Part shown: in pieces, positions 11,624 through 23,700 of the stretch
Position numbering within the stretch: position 1 is the stretch's first letter
How the letters are laid out: each line of letters begins with the position of its first letter
Origin: Haplodiscus bocki
Lineage: Eukaryota
Reading direction: 5' to 3'
Assembly (NCBI GenBank): GCA_965655095.1
Contig: OZ296654.1
Coordinates: 70,122,001 to 70,186,000, forward strand
Length of the DNA stretch: 64,000 bases
The notes under the pieces: model-generated
What the model saw: the letters and a program-made list of their open reading frames with translations, nothing else
Told to the model about the DNA's origin: nothing
The model's database searches: none
Program-made: the position numbers and the translations under genes

Positions 11624-12959
11624 CAATTGGTAGGAGTAAAACATTGATCTCTCTTGTTGCTGATTCTCTGTACCGTGTTTTCAGTCGTTCCTTTTGCTTG
11701 TGCAATTGCCATCATCGAATTCATTGCAAGCATCGCAGAAAGGTAAGTTGTTTTGATTCGGATTGGAATTCAGCTATTGAACTTTATGATCGGAATTTTG
11801 AATGTTTCCAAACGACAGGAAATGAAACTAAAACTTTCGGAAGTGATTTGGTGAACTTTCCAGCCATGTTGGATTCTTCAAAACTTCAAGTGTCTCGATT
11901 GAAAGCTAACTCAACGTTATCTAACTCTTTTCACTGATGAGCTATCAAACAAGGTCATCATTTTAAATATTTCGCTCCTCCAACGGACAACAGCACAAGA
12001 ACATCAGCACAGACTGATCGGGAAAAACGCAAAAACCCTATCTCTTTTCCTTTTTTTTCCAGAAAATCTCTTCGACTTTCTGATCAAGCTGGGAAAAAAT
12101 TACTATTGAACGTGCCCAAGAAAGGAACCAATAACGAAACTCTTTCCCCTCAGTATCGAATTACATGGTGTTCAATCGCCTTACCACTTTCACTCAATTT
12201 CTAAAGTCGATGACAACTTCTATTGGGACTTGTTACTGTTCAATCCATTTTCGATTATTTTTTCCTTGCCTAATTTAGCGTTTAGGTGTTCGTTTTGATA
12301 CCGAAAAAGTCTTTTTTATGTGATCTCTTTTTAATTTCAGTCCAGGAAATTGTCTGTTCCACCCACTTCCGAACAAGCAATGTACTATCAAAATCTAATG
12401 GACACACACTTCACAATGAAACACTCTATTCAATGTTGATTCCAACACAGTAGTTCAAAAATCATGCCTGGTAAAAGCACTCCATATCAAACCACTATTG
12501 TTAAACGTTTTTTCACCTTGTAAAGGCAAATTGTTCGCCCAAAATGAGAAGAAAATCGTCTCTGGTTAAATAGTTGCCTTTGACATTCCGAAAATTCAAA
12601 GACAGATTGCAAGAAGTATGCAAGTTATCGAAAGTTTGACCCGTAATCTCCTTGATCAGTTGCCTGACGGGACAGCTGCCAATAAACCAATTGATGTTTT
12701 CAATGCAATGCTAAAAAATGAAGATCCTTTCAGAAAGTTTTCGACAGAAGGAAGAAAAACAACAACAAGATGTAACCACTGTCTGTAGCATAGTGAACAA
12801 TACCTAAAATCACACTGAAAATCCCAGTTACTGATGTCGATCCTGATGTTACTCAAACGCATATTCAGATCTGCTAGCCATCTTCAGCAACTCGACAAAG
12901 ATGACACATTAACTCGACCGTGACTTGAGTCAGAACCTAAGCTGAGTTAGAAATGTCTC

Positions 12960-14520
12960 TTTCAGCTCGCTCAAAGAGCAAAATGCAACAATTAGAGGTG
13001 ACCCGATTGAATGGTACCTGTGGTTTGACCAATCAATTTCATAAGCAATCCACATCCAATGCCGGAAAGATGACTCATTGACAGACTCTGACCTGTGGAT
13101 CAGCTAATCAAGCATTTTTAGACATTCTAGAGAAAACCACAAGTATTCTGCTGCCCTCGCAACACTCGAAGGATGATTTCAAAGATTGTTTGACCCATTC
13201 TCCGATGTCTTTACGAGCCTTCCATTTATCAACGCAACAGTTCCATGGAATTTTCCACATTCATAACAAACTTGATTGAAAATTTTCAGTCTCAGGGTTT
13301 CTCCAATGACCCCAAGTCTACGATATTAGTGCAGTTTGCAGTAGACAAACTGCCCCTGAATTGGAAACTAAAAAGGACATATTACACTGTAAGGAAGTAT
13401 TTTTCGCCTCCAAATCTGGTACACCTCAATCGTTGCCTTCACCAATTCGGTCTATATGGTGGAACGTTGCCTATCAACGGTCGAACCGACCTGTCCGATA
13501 AGCACAACAAATAGTTCCAATCCCTGATTTCATCTTGAACCAACTTACGTGCAACCAGGACACAACAGCGACCTATAAGTCCTTTCGACGACGCTAATCA
13601 TCTCTCTCCTCCTTCTCCTTATTCCCATTACAAAAACGCAGCATTCTCTGAGCAAAAACACCATCTCATATTTGACAAAACTCTCTGTCTCAGTTGCCTC
13701 AGATCCTATCTTTTCCTCGATTTTCCATCAGAAAAACACACCAAACTTACACGATGTTTCTTAATGATAACCTTCGGAAGCCACACCCGTTAAAGAAAGC
13801 ACCCGAAGATCGTCTTTTGCAAACCCAAGACGCATCCGGTCAATTTCCCAAAATGTCTGAAAAACCGATCTACCCCTTTCATGTTAAAAACTTTTTCTAT
13901 TCCTGCAAAAAAGTCTGGCTGTTTCTCGACATTTCCCATTCAACGCTATCTTGGAAATTTGCATGAAAAGAAGTGAAATGAATACCATTTTTGTGAGAAC
14001 GCGTACATTTAAATAATTATGCACTGACATCTCATCTGATGCCACAATTATTGCACTGTCGTTTTTCGCGCCATGGACAGCCTCATTTACTGAGGTCCAA
14101 TAAAGGAACAAATTGGCAGATATTTACTATCATTGACATACAAGATCTTTTCTTCAATCACACAAAAGACTGAAAAACTAACCACCCTCGCGCACTGCTT
14201 TTCGGTGGGGTTTGGAAGAGGCTGATCCGCTTATGCAAAGATTTTTATATGCCTTTTCGAAGTCTTGTCACGGTTTTTGTAATATTATGGGCATTCAACG
14301 TAGAGTGTAAACTGAATTTCTACAACGGATTCAATCTTATGCCCGTCCTTGTTTTGTCCTACATTGAAATAGCAAAACCAGATTCTAGAAAATTGAAGGA
14401 CTGTATCTTCCAACTGATTGGAAATAACTCCACTAGATAACTATTGCTAACTTTAGGAAATTCAATCTCCAAAATGTCTTTGGACTGGAAAATCTTGGTG
14501 AAAATAGTCCACTACTATGA
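12960..14520 (+). mobile_element. Old, internally deleted BEL/Pao relic (gag followed almost directly by integrase)
   Basis: RGDPIEWYLWF and FQSQGFSNDPKSTILVQFAVDKLP (Pao gag) at 12990-13450; RFSRHGQPHLLRSNKGTNW and FGGVWKRLIRLCK (integrase) at 14060-14250; many stops and frameshifts. Confidence 0.7.
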
Positions 14521-16129
14521 CTATCTTCTGTCTTTTGCGCTAGACTATGAAAATAAAATTGCTATATAAATCACAAGTTAACTATCAACCGCTCGCTAGC
14601 ATTATTCAAAAATGGTCTAACTAAGTATTAGAACACACTGTTTACATAGCAAACAACAATATTCGAATTTTCTAAAGTCATAAAGCGTGAACAAAAGGTG
14701 TAATGGTGGTAACCAAGATCCAAATTAACATTTCGCTCCCAAAAAGAGTTAGCTGGGGGTTGAATATCTCAGTGTGAACATTTTCAAAGTATGGTATGAT
14801 CCAACTCATTAATCGTTAAAGATATCTATATATGTCATTTAACTGAATACCAAAAAGGGGTATGTGGCATCCCAACAAGCACAGGGAAAGCCAAAACACA
14901 TAATTTCCGAAGGTGCAGCGTGAATGATCGTTCGAGAAGGGTAAAATTTGAAGGAAACAAGTAATCACGACACAAAACACCAATTTTGCTAGATAATTCT
15001 CAAAAAAACTACAAATTTTTTTCATTGTAAAATGTCAAACACGAGTCAAATGGGTCAGAAAGATAAACATCATCAAACGTTGAAGCACCAATGAAAAGAG
15101 ATAAGCATTTTCAAACGAATGATGCAATAGAACGATAGAAAAGATGATGAAATCCGTCAAAAGCTTGGCAAAAGAGCTACTTCTCAGAAAAGCGGCGTTG
15201 GGCGGGATGAGAAATTTTTGGTCTCCGATTTGGCTCAAAAATATGTTTGGGGGGTTAAGGGCCTAAAAGATTCTTAACAACTGAAACATAGCTCACAAGC
15301 TCTTGCTGAGTAAATTTTAGAGCACTTTAAAGTTGGGCTCTGAGCGCTAGGTGAAAAGGAACTTTTTCCAGTTCTATTTAAGGAGCAAAGTCGCCAATCT
15401 TCAAAAGATGGATTGTTGCAGTGGTAGCACTCATCCAGGCAATGCATAGGTTTTAACCTCATCCAAAATAAACAAATAATGTTTTTTCGTAAAAATGAAA
15501 AATAAGCAGAATTTATGATTTTTTTTCAAATCTCTGGCGTCTCTGGCGCCAGCTGAGGGGATAATCGAGTGACGGATAATTGAAGGATAGCTTTTATAAT
15601 TTTATGCGGTGTTTCCGAAAACTTGTCATAAATTCAGTAAGTTGAAACAAGACGTCAGTAAACGCTCGATTATACGTTGCTCAATATTTTGCCAACAATC
15701 ACTCGTTGGCAGACCTAATTGATGGGAGTGGATGGTATTCAACCAAAACCAAGTACTACAACCATAGTTTTTGTTTTGGAAGAGAACTCTGTATCCCAAA
15801 GTTCAGTAATCCCTCGATTGTCCGCCAAGAGTTGTGCAGCATATTGTTGGTGGATAAACGATTGTATTTTGCAGGCAGAAAATGAGCATTCTGTTGTTGA
15901 TAGAAATTTTACCGAAAAATGAAAGTGAGAAGAGCGTCTTGCGAAAAAAGTCTCTGTATTGGTCGGCACTGATTTCCAAAGAGCCGACTACAAATATTAA
16001 AGTTACACCTTTTCTATTTCACAGATATATACAAAGACGACTGGGACATTAAAATCACAACAAATGTTGAGCTAAAAAAGAAATGGTTTACTGTAATAGT
16101 TTCTCCTTCAAGAATAAGAAAACTCTAAC

Positions 16130-16785
16130 CCTCAAATAGTGATAAGTGTCTTGATCCAGAGATGAGTCGAATGTCCGAAGCACTTTGATGACCCCAGCAT
16201 GGTTTCCAGTCAGCAGAAGATATCTGGGACTCTCTGGCACCAAAGCAGCTACGAAGAAGCAAGAAACGAGGACAATTATTGAAGTTATAATCACATACCA
16301 CTTCCAGCCATCTGGACTGGGAAGGGTAAACATTGCAATAGTAGACGCTAAAATAGTTCCCAGAAAAGCTGCAAAAAATATAATCAGTGTGGCAAACGAT
16401 CTACTTTTTGCATTGACCATTTCAGTTGCATACGTCACGGGAAGATACGCACCTCCTATTCCTACACCTGTGACGAGTCGTAGGATAGCATATGGAGTCA
16501 AGGCGTTGGCAAAACTTGTGGAAAACCCAAAGACTCCAATCCATAATAAAACTATAATCAAGGTAACTTTGCGTCCATATTTATCGGCGATAGTGCCCCA
16601 AATAAGAGAACCGGCCAGTGCGCCAACGTAGAGGGATGATGTGCTCATCGCTTCCTGGAGACCTGAAAGTTTCCACTCGCATAAAAGGACAGGGCCCAGA
16701 AGGATTCCTACTTCGGTTTCCATGACGTCACCGACAGTTACTATTGACAGGACCAGAATGACGACATAGTGGTAACAGGTGAATC
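16130..16785 (-). CDS. Exon of an SVOP/SV2-related MFS transporter (N-terminal half, TM1-6)
   Basis: GFTCYHYVVILVLSIVTVGDVMETEVGILLGPVLLCEW; motif A GTIADKYGRK; LRLVTGVGIGG; TYATEM; GWKW; PESPRYLL. Putative acceptor TTAAG| at 16786 and donor GTTAGA at 16129. Confidence 0.85.
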
Positions 16786-17080
16786 CTTAAACTTTCCAAG
16801 TCTATCTTGCATCTTGCAAAAATTTCTGATTAGTTTCTTTAATGTGTGAACAAAAAAAGTAAACGTCCGTTGAAGGAATCGATTTAAAAATTGTTTCCTT
16901 AAACATTTCTTCCGTTGAAAAATATATCTTTTTCTCGCTTTTTTATCAAAAGTGAAATTGCACACACTCATCAAATGTATGTTTGCGAGGATCATAGGAG
17001 CAAAAAATTGCTTTTCAAAACAATTATGAAGATCCCGGTTTGAATTTAAAATAAATTCAACAATGAACAGCTCTGAATCA

Positions 17081-18669
17081 TGTCGCGTTATAGCTAACGC
17101 TTGAACAATTGCACAGAGGAAAGAAAAGGAAAATTTCTAAACGCGTTGGAATGTCGTTCAACACGATTGGCCCAACGCACAAAGTAAAGACACGCGCGCG
17201 TTAGCTACATTTTGTAGCTGGTAGAGGAAAGCGGCTCGAATATAACTTACTTACTCGCTTACCGGACGGCAGCCTTACTTCTTTCCCTTTTACTTTACCT
17301 TACTCTCCTCTTCCCTTTTACTTTACTCCCTTTCCTTTTAACGTTACTTTCCTTCCATTCTTGCTTGCTTAAAATTATTCTAAATTCTCTTCCTGTTTCT
17401 CTTCGGACAAAAATATTCCAAGTCCCATTTTCATTCTAACTTAGAAAAATTTCCGCTTTCCGTCTACAAATTCTATATTCTTGCCATCGGAGTATAAACG
17501 GTGTCCACTAACGCTAGCTTCGGTATTAGCGTGTGCGGATTCCGCTGTCGAGCTCCGGTTCTGAAGCATGAGTGGATCTTAAACTGCACGGCCCCCACGA
17601 GGTTGCTAGGAAAGAGAATTGACGTTACTCATAGATCAAATCTCACCTCGTCTGCGTCCGTGGAATTTAGAATTCATTCTAAATTTCGAGATACGGATTA
17701 AATATGCAGAACCCGTCCCTTTTTCAAAATTCAAGATATTCCTTCTTCATTGAAATTGTTATTTGCGGCGCTCTCCTATTGGTCAATTACTCGATTGCTA
17801 TATAACAGGGTATAAATACCCCGTTTTCTCTCATTCTTTTCATTCGCTTTCCTACCGTCAACTAGCCTAATTCCCCGAAGCGAAACTCTCTCCCACTTTC
17901 TTTTCATTATATTTATAGAGCTTATATCTTGCTCTGAAAGAATTCTAAGACAATTTTGAAGTTTGTCTTAGCCAAATGTCTTCATCGCTTCTTCGAAATA
18001 TTCTAAGACAGTTTCAGAACTTGTCATAGCCAAATTTCCTCATCGCCTCTTCGAAATAATCTAATTCAATTTTAAAACTTGTCTTAGCCAATTGTCTTCA
18101 TCGCCTCTTCGAAATATTCTAAGACAATTTTAAAACTTGTCTCAGCCAAATTTCTTCTTCGCCTCTTCGAAAATATTCAAAGACTTTTTTGCCTGCAAAA
18201 TTGTCTTAGCCGCAAATCATCAACACTCCGAAAATATTCAAAGACTTTTCTGCCTACAAGCAGTATCCCAGCCGCAACCAGCAATCATCCAGCAACCAGT
18301 AGCAACCATCAGCAATCAGCAGTAATCAACAACAGCCAACATCAACACGACCAATGCTAGCTTCTAACGTAAAAGACCATATGAGTAATTCCCCTTTCCC
18401 ATACGCGCAGTTATTTTTCCTCCATGGTTCATTATTTTCGAATTGTCACTGTTTATAATATAAATTTTCTTTTGTATTCTTCTTTATATCTTTATAGCTC
18501 ACAAGTCCTTGCTTGAATTCACGCAATCCCTTTGTTCGCACGTTAAGCGAGGCACCCTAATGAGACTTATAAATAATAACCGTCGCTATAGCATAGTAGT
18601 GCTGACTGAGTCAAATGCCAGCACAACTGAGTAAAAATTAAACTTACAATACCCCTACTACGTGCGACA
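17081..18669 (+). mobile_element. Solo LTR (1589 bp), probably Gypsy-type
   Basis: TGTCGC...GCGACA inverted termini, 4-bp TSD ATCA on both sides, ATTGG at about 17778, TATAAATA at about 17811, AATAAA near 18459, no internal coding. Confidence 0.85.
17935..18260 (+). repeat. About 59-bp tandem repeat (about 5 copies) inside the solo LTR
   Basis: Recurring GAAATATTCTAAGACAATTTT...TTGTCTTAGCCAAAT...ATCGCCTCTTC. Confidence 0.85.
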
Positions 18670-20739
18670 ATCACAAAACGTCAACACTGATAGTCTCTGT
18701 TACATTTGTTCTCTGAAAGATCGAAAAACTCTGGATCAGCGCTGTTTAGCCCAGTAGTCTCTGACAACTCAATCGGAGATGCTATCTAACTAATCTGGTA
18801 GTCCTAATTTCTTGATATCCTCATCTATTATTTTTGAAAAATTCCCTGAAAATAATTTAATTCTCATACAATCAAAGTGAAAAAAAGTTAAGATTTGCTG
18901 CAGTCAGTTCCATTCACAAACCCGACTCCCCAGGTTCTACGTCCTAAAAGTGGGATTCGCGGTCAGGTCAGTAGACTTGGAAGTTTCCTTTACCAGTGGA
19001 ATCTAACAACTCATCCAGCGTTATCTCTTTCAAGGGTGGGCTGCAAAGATGAAAGGAACAAGTCAAAGATTTTTATAGACAGCTAATTGAGTCAAAAATA
19101 TTGTATACCGATCAACGTGCCGTAAAATATTTTATTACTAAAGTGATAAAAATTCCAAGCAATGTCAAAATACAAATGCAAAATTCGGCTCAGTGAAATT
19201 GGGGTGTAAATTGACGATAAGGTCTTTTGAGAAAAACGTCATCAAAGTTAACAGCAATGATATCGATCAAATGTTTGCGAGAGAAATCGTCATTCATGAA
19301 ACAAGAACTTTTCTTTCTTTATGAAAAAGAAAAGAAACAGAAACATCAATTCGACTTTCAGATGGCTTAAAAAAGGTACTAACATTTCTGATGGGTTGAT
19401 AGCACCGTACCCATCAGGGGGTAATTCTTCTCCGCCTGTTGTGCTTCCTATCACCTCCTCCAGTCCTGGGCGAGCTGTCGCTTTCTTCCTGCAAACAAAA
19501 AGAGGGTACTTACGAGAGTTCTATCTCTGTAAGTTAGCAATGGGTGTTTTATTTTCCGCCCCTATTAAAATATGGAAGGAAAGTCATCCAATCAAAGCGT
19601 TTTTTTTCAACGTTTACTTGCCAAGTGAATGAGTGAGATTTTGAGGGCATGAGTTTGAAAAGTTTGAATGCGAATGAAACTGTAGGACTTCTTCAATACG
19701 TACAAAAATAGGATTTTTTAGTCAAAAAAATTGGATTTGGAATTTTTTGTTAAATTAGTGAAAAGCAAGAAATTTGATGCAGAATGCCGTTTAAATGGTA
19801 GTATTTACTGGAAAGGCCTTTTTGCTACCAAAATATAGGATTTTTTTCAAAAAATTTTAAAAAAAACTCCAAAGTTTTTCAAACTCGTGAAAAAATAGCA
19901 AAACTGAAATAGAACGCAAACAGAAGGGTATTCTCCTCAAAGTGCATTTTCAACAAAGTTGCCGAGAAGAAAATATCCCTGTGCTAGCCAGGGTGTCATT
20001 TTTTGCATGTGTTTCTTGACGTTTTGTAGCTGCCGGTGTTCCACTGTGTATATGTTGCTGATACATTCTATGTCACTCAGAGTCGGATTAGAATGCTTTG
20101 TTGAAACTTCGCTCCGAAAAGTCAAATCTTTCGAAGTGTTGTCGCTCACAGTAAAATCAAAATGCTTTGCTGAAAATTGTTTCTGAAAAATTACCTCATT
20201 TTGATTCAACAACTGTTCATTTTGCAAAAAACCAGCTTTGTCTCCAAAACTAGAAAGTTGTCAATCTTGGTCCAATATTGCACAATCCATCTGTCCGAGA
20301 AAATCGGAAACCAAAACTTTATACCCATGCTACCACCCAAAGTCTTGACTGTTCTCAGAAAACAACAACTTCAAAGCCTGCTCAATGGAAACCATACTGC
20401 CAAAAGGAGCAAAAATTACACAATGTTGTTGTTAATACAATTGAAGAAAACAATGAAGAACTTTCTTGCTTAATCACAGAATTATGCCATGACGTCCAAC
20501 TTGAAATGAAAGTTGTAGCCTATTGGTCTCAAATTTTCACTTAACTTGATGGTATCTGCTGCCATGCGAGCTAAAAAAAAGCTCTGACTTCTGTTGACGA
20601 TCAAAAGTACAATACTAGTATTCCTATGATCAACACTGGTAAACAATTCACCTAATCAGGGGTATATTTGTAATACAAATTTGAGCAATCAGATAGCCGT
20701 GGATGCATATGACAATTCCATTTTGGCTGAATAGTTTTC

Positions 20740-23700
20740 CGTTGATGATCGATGAGATCAAGAATTTTGCCGGTGAATATGTTTGCAAGCATCCATGGAA
20801 GCGAATTTTCGAAGGACTTTTTCTACTCTTCTAGAGAAACGTTCTCCGAACATTATATCCCAGCAATTTGTTGAGAACTAAAGTGGTGCTCAATTGAAAT
20901 TCATTTTTTTCAGCAGTTCCAGCAAACAAACTGTCAATGTGTTCATCGTCCCAGGGGCAAACCTCTAAAAATAGCTCGAAAGAAACAGAAAAGTAATCAT
21001 TATCTTATTCATGAGCAATGATTGGCATTTTGATGAAATTGTCATCCAGATGGAGAAAATCTTCAAAAGGCTTTGTTTGGGAGCTTTTTTGCGCAAGAAA
21101 GAACAATCGGACATGTTCCAACAGTTGAAAAGAGCGCAAGTTCAATGGCTAGAAAAATAGAATACCACAGAATATGCGACCAAACACTTTTACCCAATAT
21201 TGTTTTGATTAGATTTTGTTTTTAACTTACGTTCCATTCTAAACTTTTTTGCCCGCAGTGAGCTTACAGCAGCTCCACAGAATGGGAAAACTCTAAAAAA
21301 ATGGTCCCAAGAAACAGATTGTTAAAATTCAGATTCAAAGCTGAGAAATTAATTGGCCTCCACAAAGTTCTGAGGAGATGTTAATTCAAAATTCAAAATT
21401 TTGGACTCCATCTTTTTTTCTTGCAATAAAAACATCAACAAAATACAGGCCAGTTGATGTGTAAACTAGGGCAGAAAGAATGAAATTCCTGCATAGGGAA
21501 TTTTGGAAGAAAAAATGATAAACGGCTCATTCTACAACTTTCTGTCAGTTTCATGGTGCAATTTTGAATAAAACGGAAGTTTGGGGAGAAGAAACGTAGA
21601 ATAGGAAGTCAATCAAAGCATCCACGGAAGAATATTCCGGTTTTAGGATTCTTGAAGTTTTCAATCGGAAGCTCAATATTCCAAACCCACATAACCCGTT
21701 GTGATCTGGGTTCAAAATTTCTGCGAATTTGTTCAGTCTCCTTACAAAACTCTGCGATCATTTCTCACATGTTTTGACAGTTTTTTTGGGTGTGAAGCGG
21801 TACGTCGAATCGCCTAAAAGTTTCTGGAAAGCTTGGAATTGCCAGCATTACCAAATATATGGTTCGTGAAATGAATGGAGTTTCAGAAGAAGGTTAAAAA
21901 TCCCTTTACAGTTGTCTATTCCGGACGAAATTGAATATACTCATATTACAATTGGAAGAAATATGAGTTTCATTGGTTTCAATTGTAATTTAGACTATCA
22001 ACTTATCGCCGGCTCAAGCAGAAATTACAATGTCAGGCGACAGCCATGTTGTGAAATTGAAAAACTTTGAAGATTTTTAACCTCTCAAAAAGCTCGGAGT
22101 TCCAGGCGTACGTGCAATGGCACTGCACCGCAACATTATACAGTTCAAGACATTCACTGCGTCAACTGTGTTTGCTATCTTTGTAGACGGAAATTCTACA
22201 GTCACCGTCACCCTTTTAAGTTCAGAGTTTTCTTCAGAGCTCGATAGGAGATTAATTTTGAAAACACGAAAAAAAGTAGAAACTGTTCAGTCCTTTCAAA
22301 AAGTGCGTTTACTTTTGAAAAGTCTTCTGCTCTCTGAATGCCTAAAACTGGATGAAAGCGTTCTTATATTACGCTACATTTTTTACTTCTCAACATTCTT
22401 ACAGTTCTTTGATGTTCGAATACATCAGTCAACTGGCTGAGTGGATAACTAGAAGAAGGCAAGTAAAATGGCAAAAATTTCAATTACCAAACGAATTGTA
22501 CAAAAGATATTGTATATTTTATATCATATTCCGAAACTAGCTTGTGGTTTAAATTTTGATGTCGTGGATGAGCTCACTGGAGGTTGATAGAAAGGAGGAA
22601 AGGTAGCTGATTTGATTTTAAAAGGATCAATTTGTACAATATTTGCATTCGGGCTGGAAAATTTTCCGTTAGTGATCGACGAGATCAAGAACTTTTGCGG
22701 TGATAATGTTTGCAGGCATCCGTGGAAACGAACTTTTGAAGGGTTGTTTCCACTCTTCTAGAGAAACGTTGTGCGAACATTAGATTCCAGTCATTTCTTG
22801 AAAACTGAATTGTTGCTCAAAAACTTTCATTTTTTAAGCACTTCCAACAACTAAACTGTCAATGTACTCATCGTCCAAGGAGCAAACCTCTAAAAATAGC
22901 TCGAAAGAACAGAAAAGTAATCAATATCTGATTCATAGGCAATGATTGGCATTTTGATGAAAGTTTCGTCCAGATGGAAAAAAGTTTTGAAAGGCTTTGT
23001 TTGGGAGCTTTTTTTGCGCAAAAAAGAACAATCCGACATGTTCCAACAGTTGAAAAGAGCGCAAGTTCAATGGCTAGAAAAATAGAATACCACAGAATCT
23101 GCGACCAAACAATTTTACCCAATATTGTTTTGATTAGATTTTGTTTTCAACTTACGTTCCATTCAAGTTTTCTTGACCACCTCAAGCTTGTAGCAGCTCC
23201 ACAGAACGGGAAAACTCTAGTAAAGTGGTCCAAAAAAAAACAAAACATATTTTTAAAATTAATATTCAATATCTGAGAAATCAAACACCCTCAACAAAGT
23301 TTTACTGAGATGTTAATTCAAAATTCAAAAATTAGGACTCAATGTTTAACTCTTGCTTGGAGAACATAAGGAAACACAGGCCAGCTGATGTGTAAACACG
23401 GGCAGAATGAATGAAGTTCTGCCTAGGGAATTTTTTGTAGAATAAAATGGATTTCTCAGAGGCAACTTCCTACATATTACTCGAAAGGTATCGAAAACTA
23501 TAACATCTGACTCCTATGCAATGTTATGCAAATCGATGAAATTGTCGTCCAGATGGAAAAAGAATTCGAAAGAAAACAAACAAAAGGTTTTATTTGGGAG
23601 CGTGTTTTGCGCAGGGGAATACATTCCACCGTCTCCAATAGTTTAAAAAAGCAACAGGTCAATCGCTATTTATACAGGAAACCACTGAAACTGCGACCCA

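Noticed and set aside
14816-15969. Hydrophobic minus-strand ORFs as downstream transporter exons
   Set aside because: No MFS C-half motifs (GRR/K loop, PET) and no convincing splice phases.
16185-16631. 148-aa plus-strand ORF
   Set aside because: Antisense shadow of the MFS transporter exon.
17935-18260. CRISPR-like array
   Set aside because: Contiguous tandem repeats without unique spacers, inside a eukaryotic LTR, with no cas genes.
19920-20560. Cluster of overlapping ORFs
   Set aside because: No recognisable motif on either strand; cannot be called.
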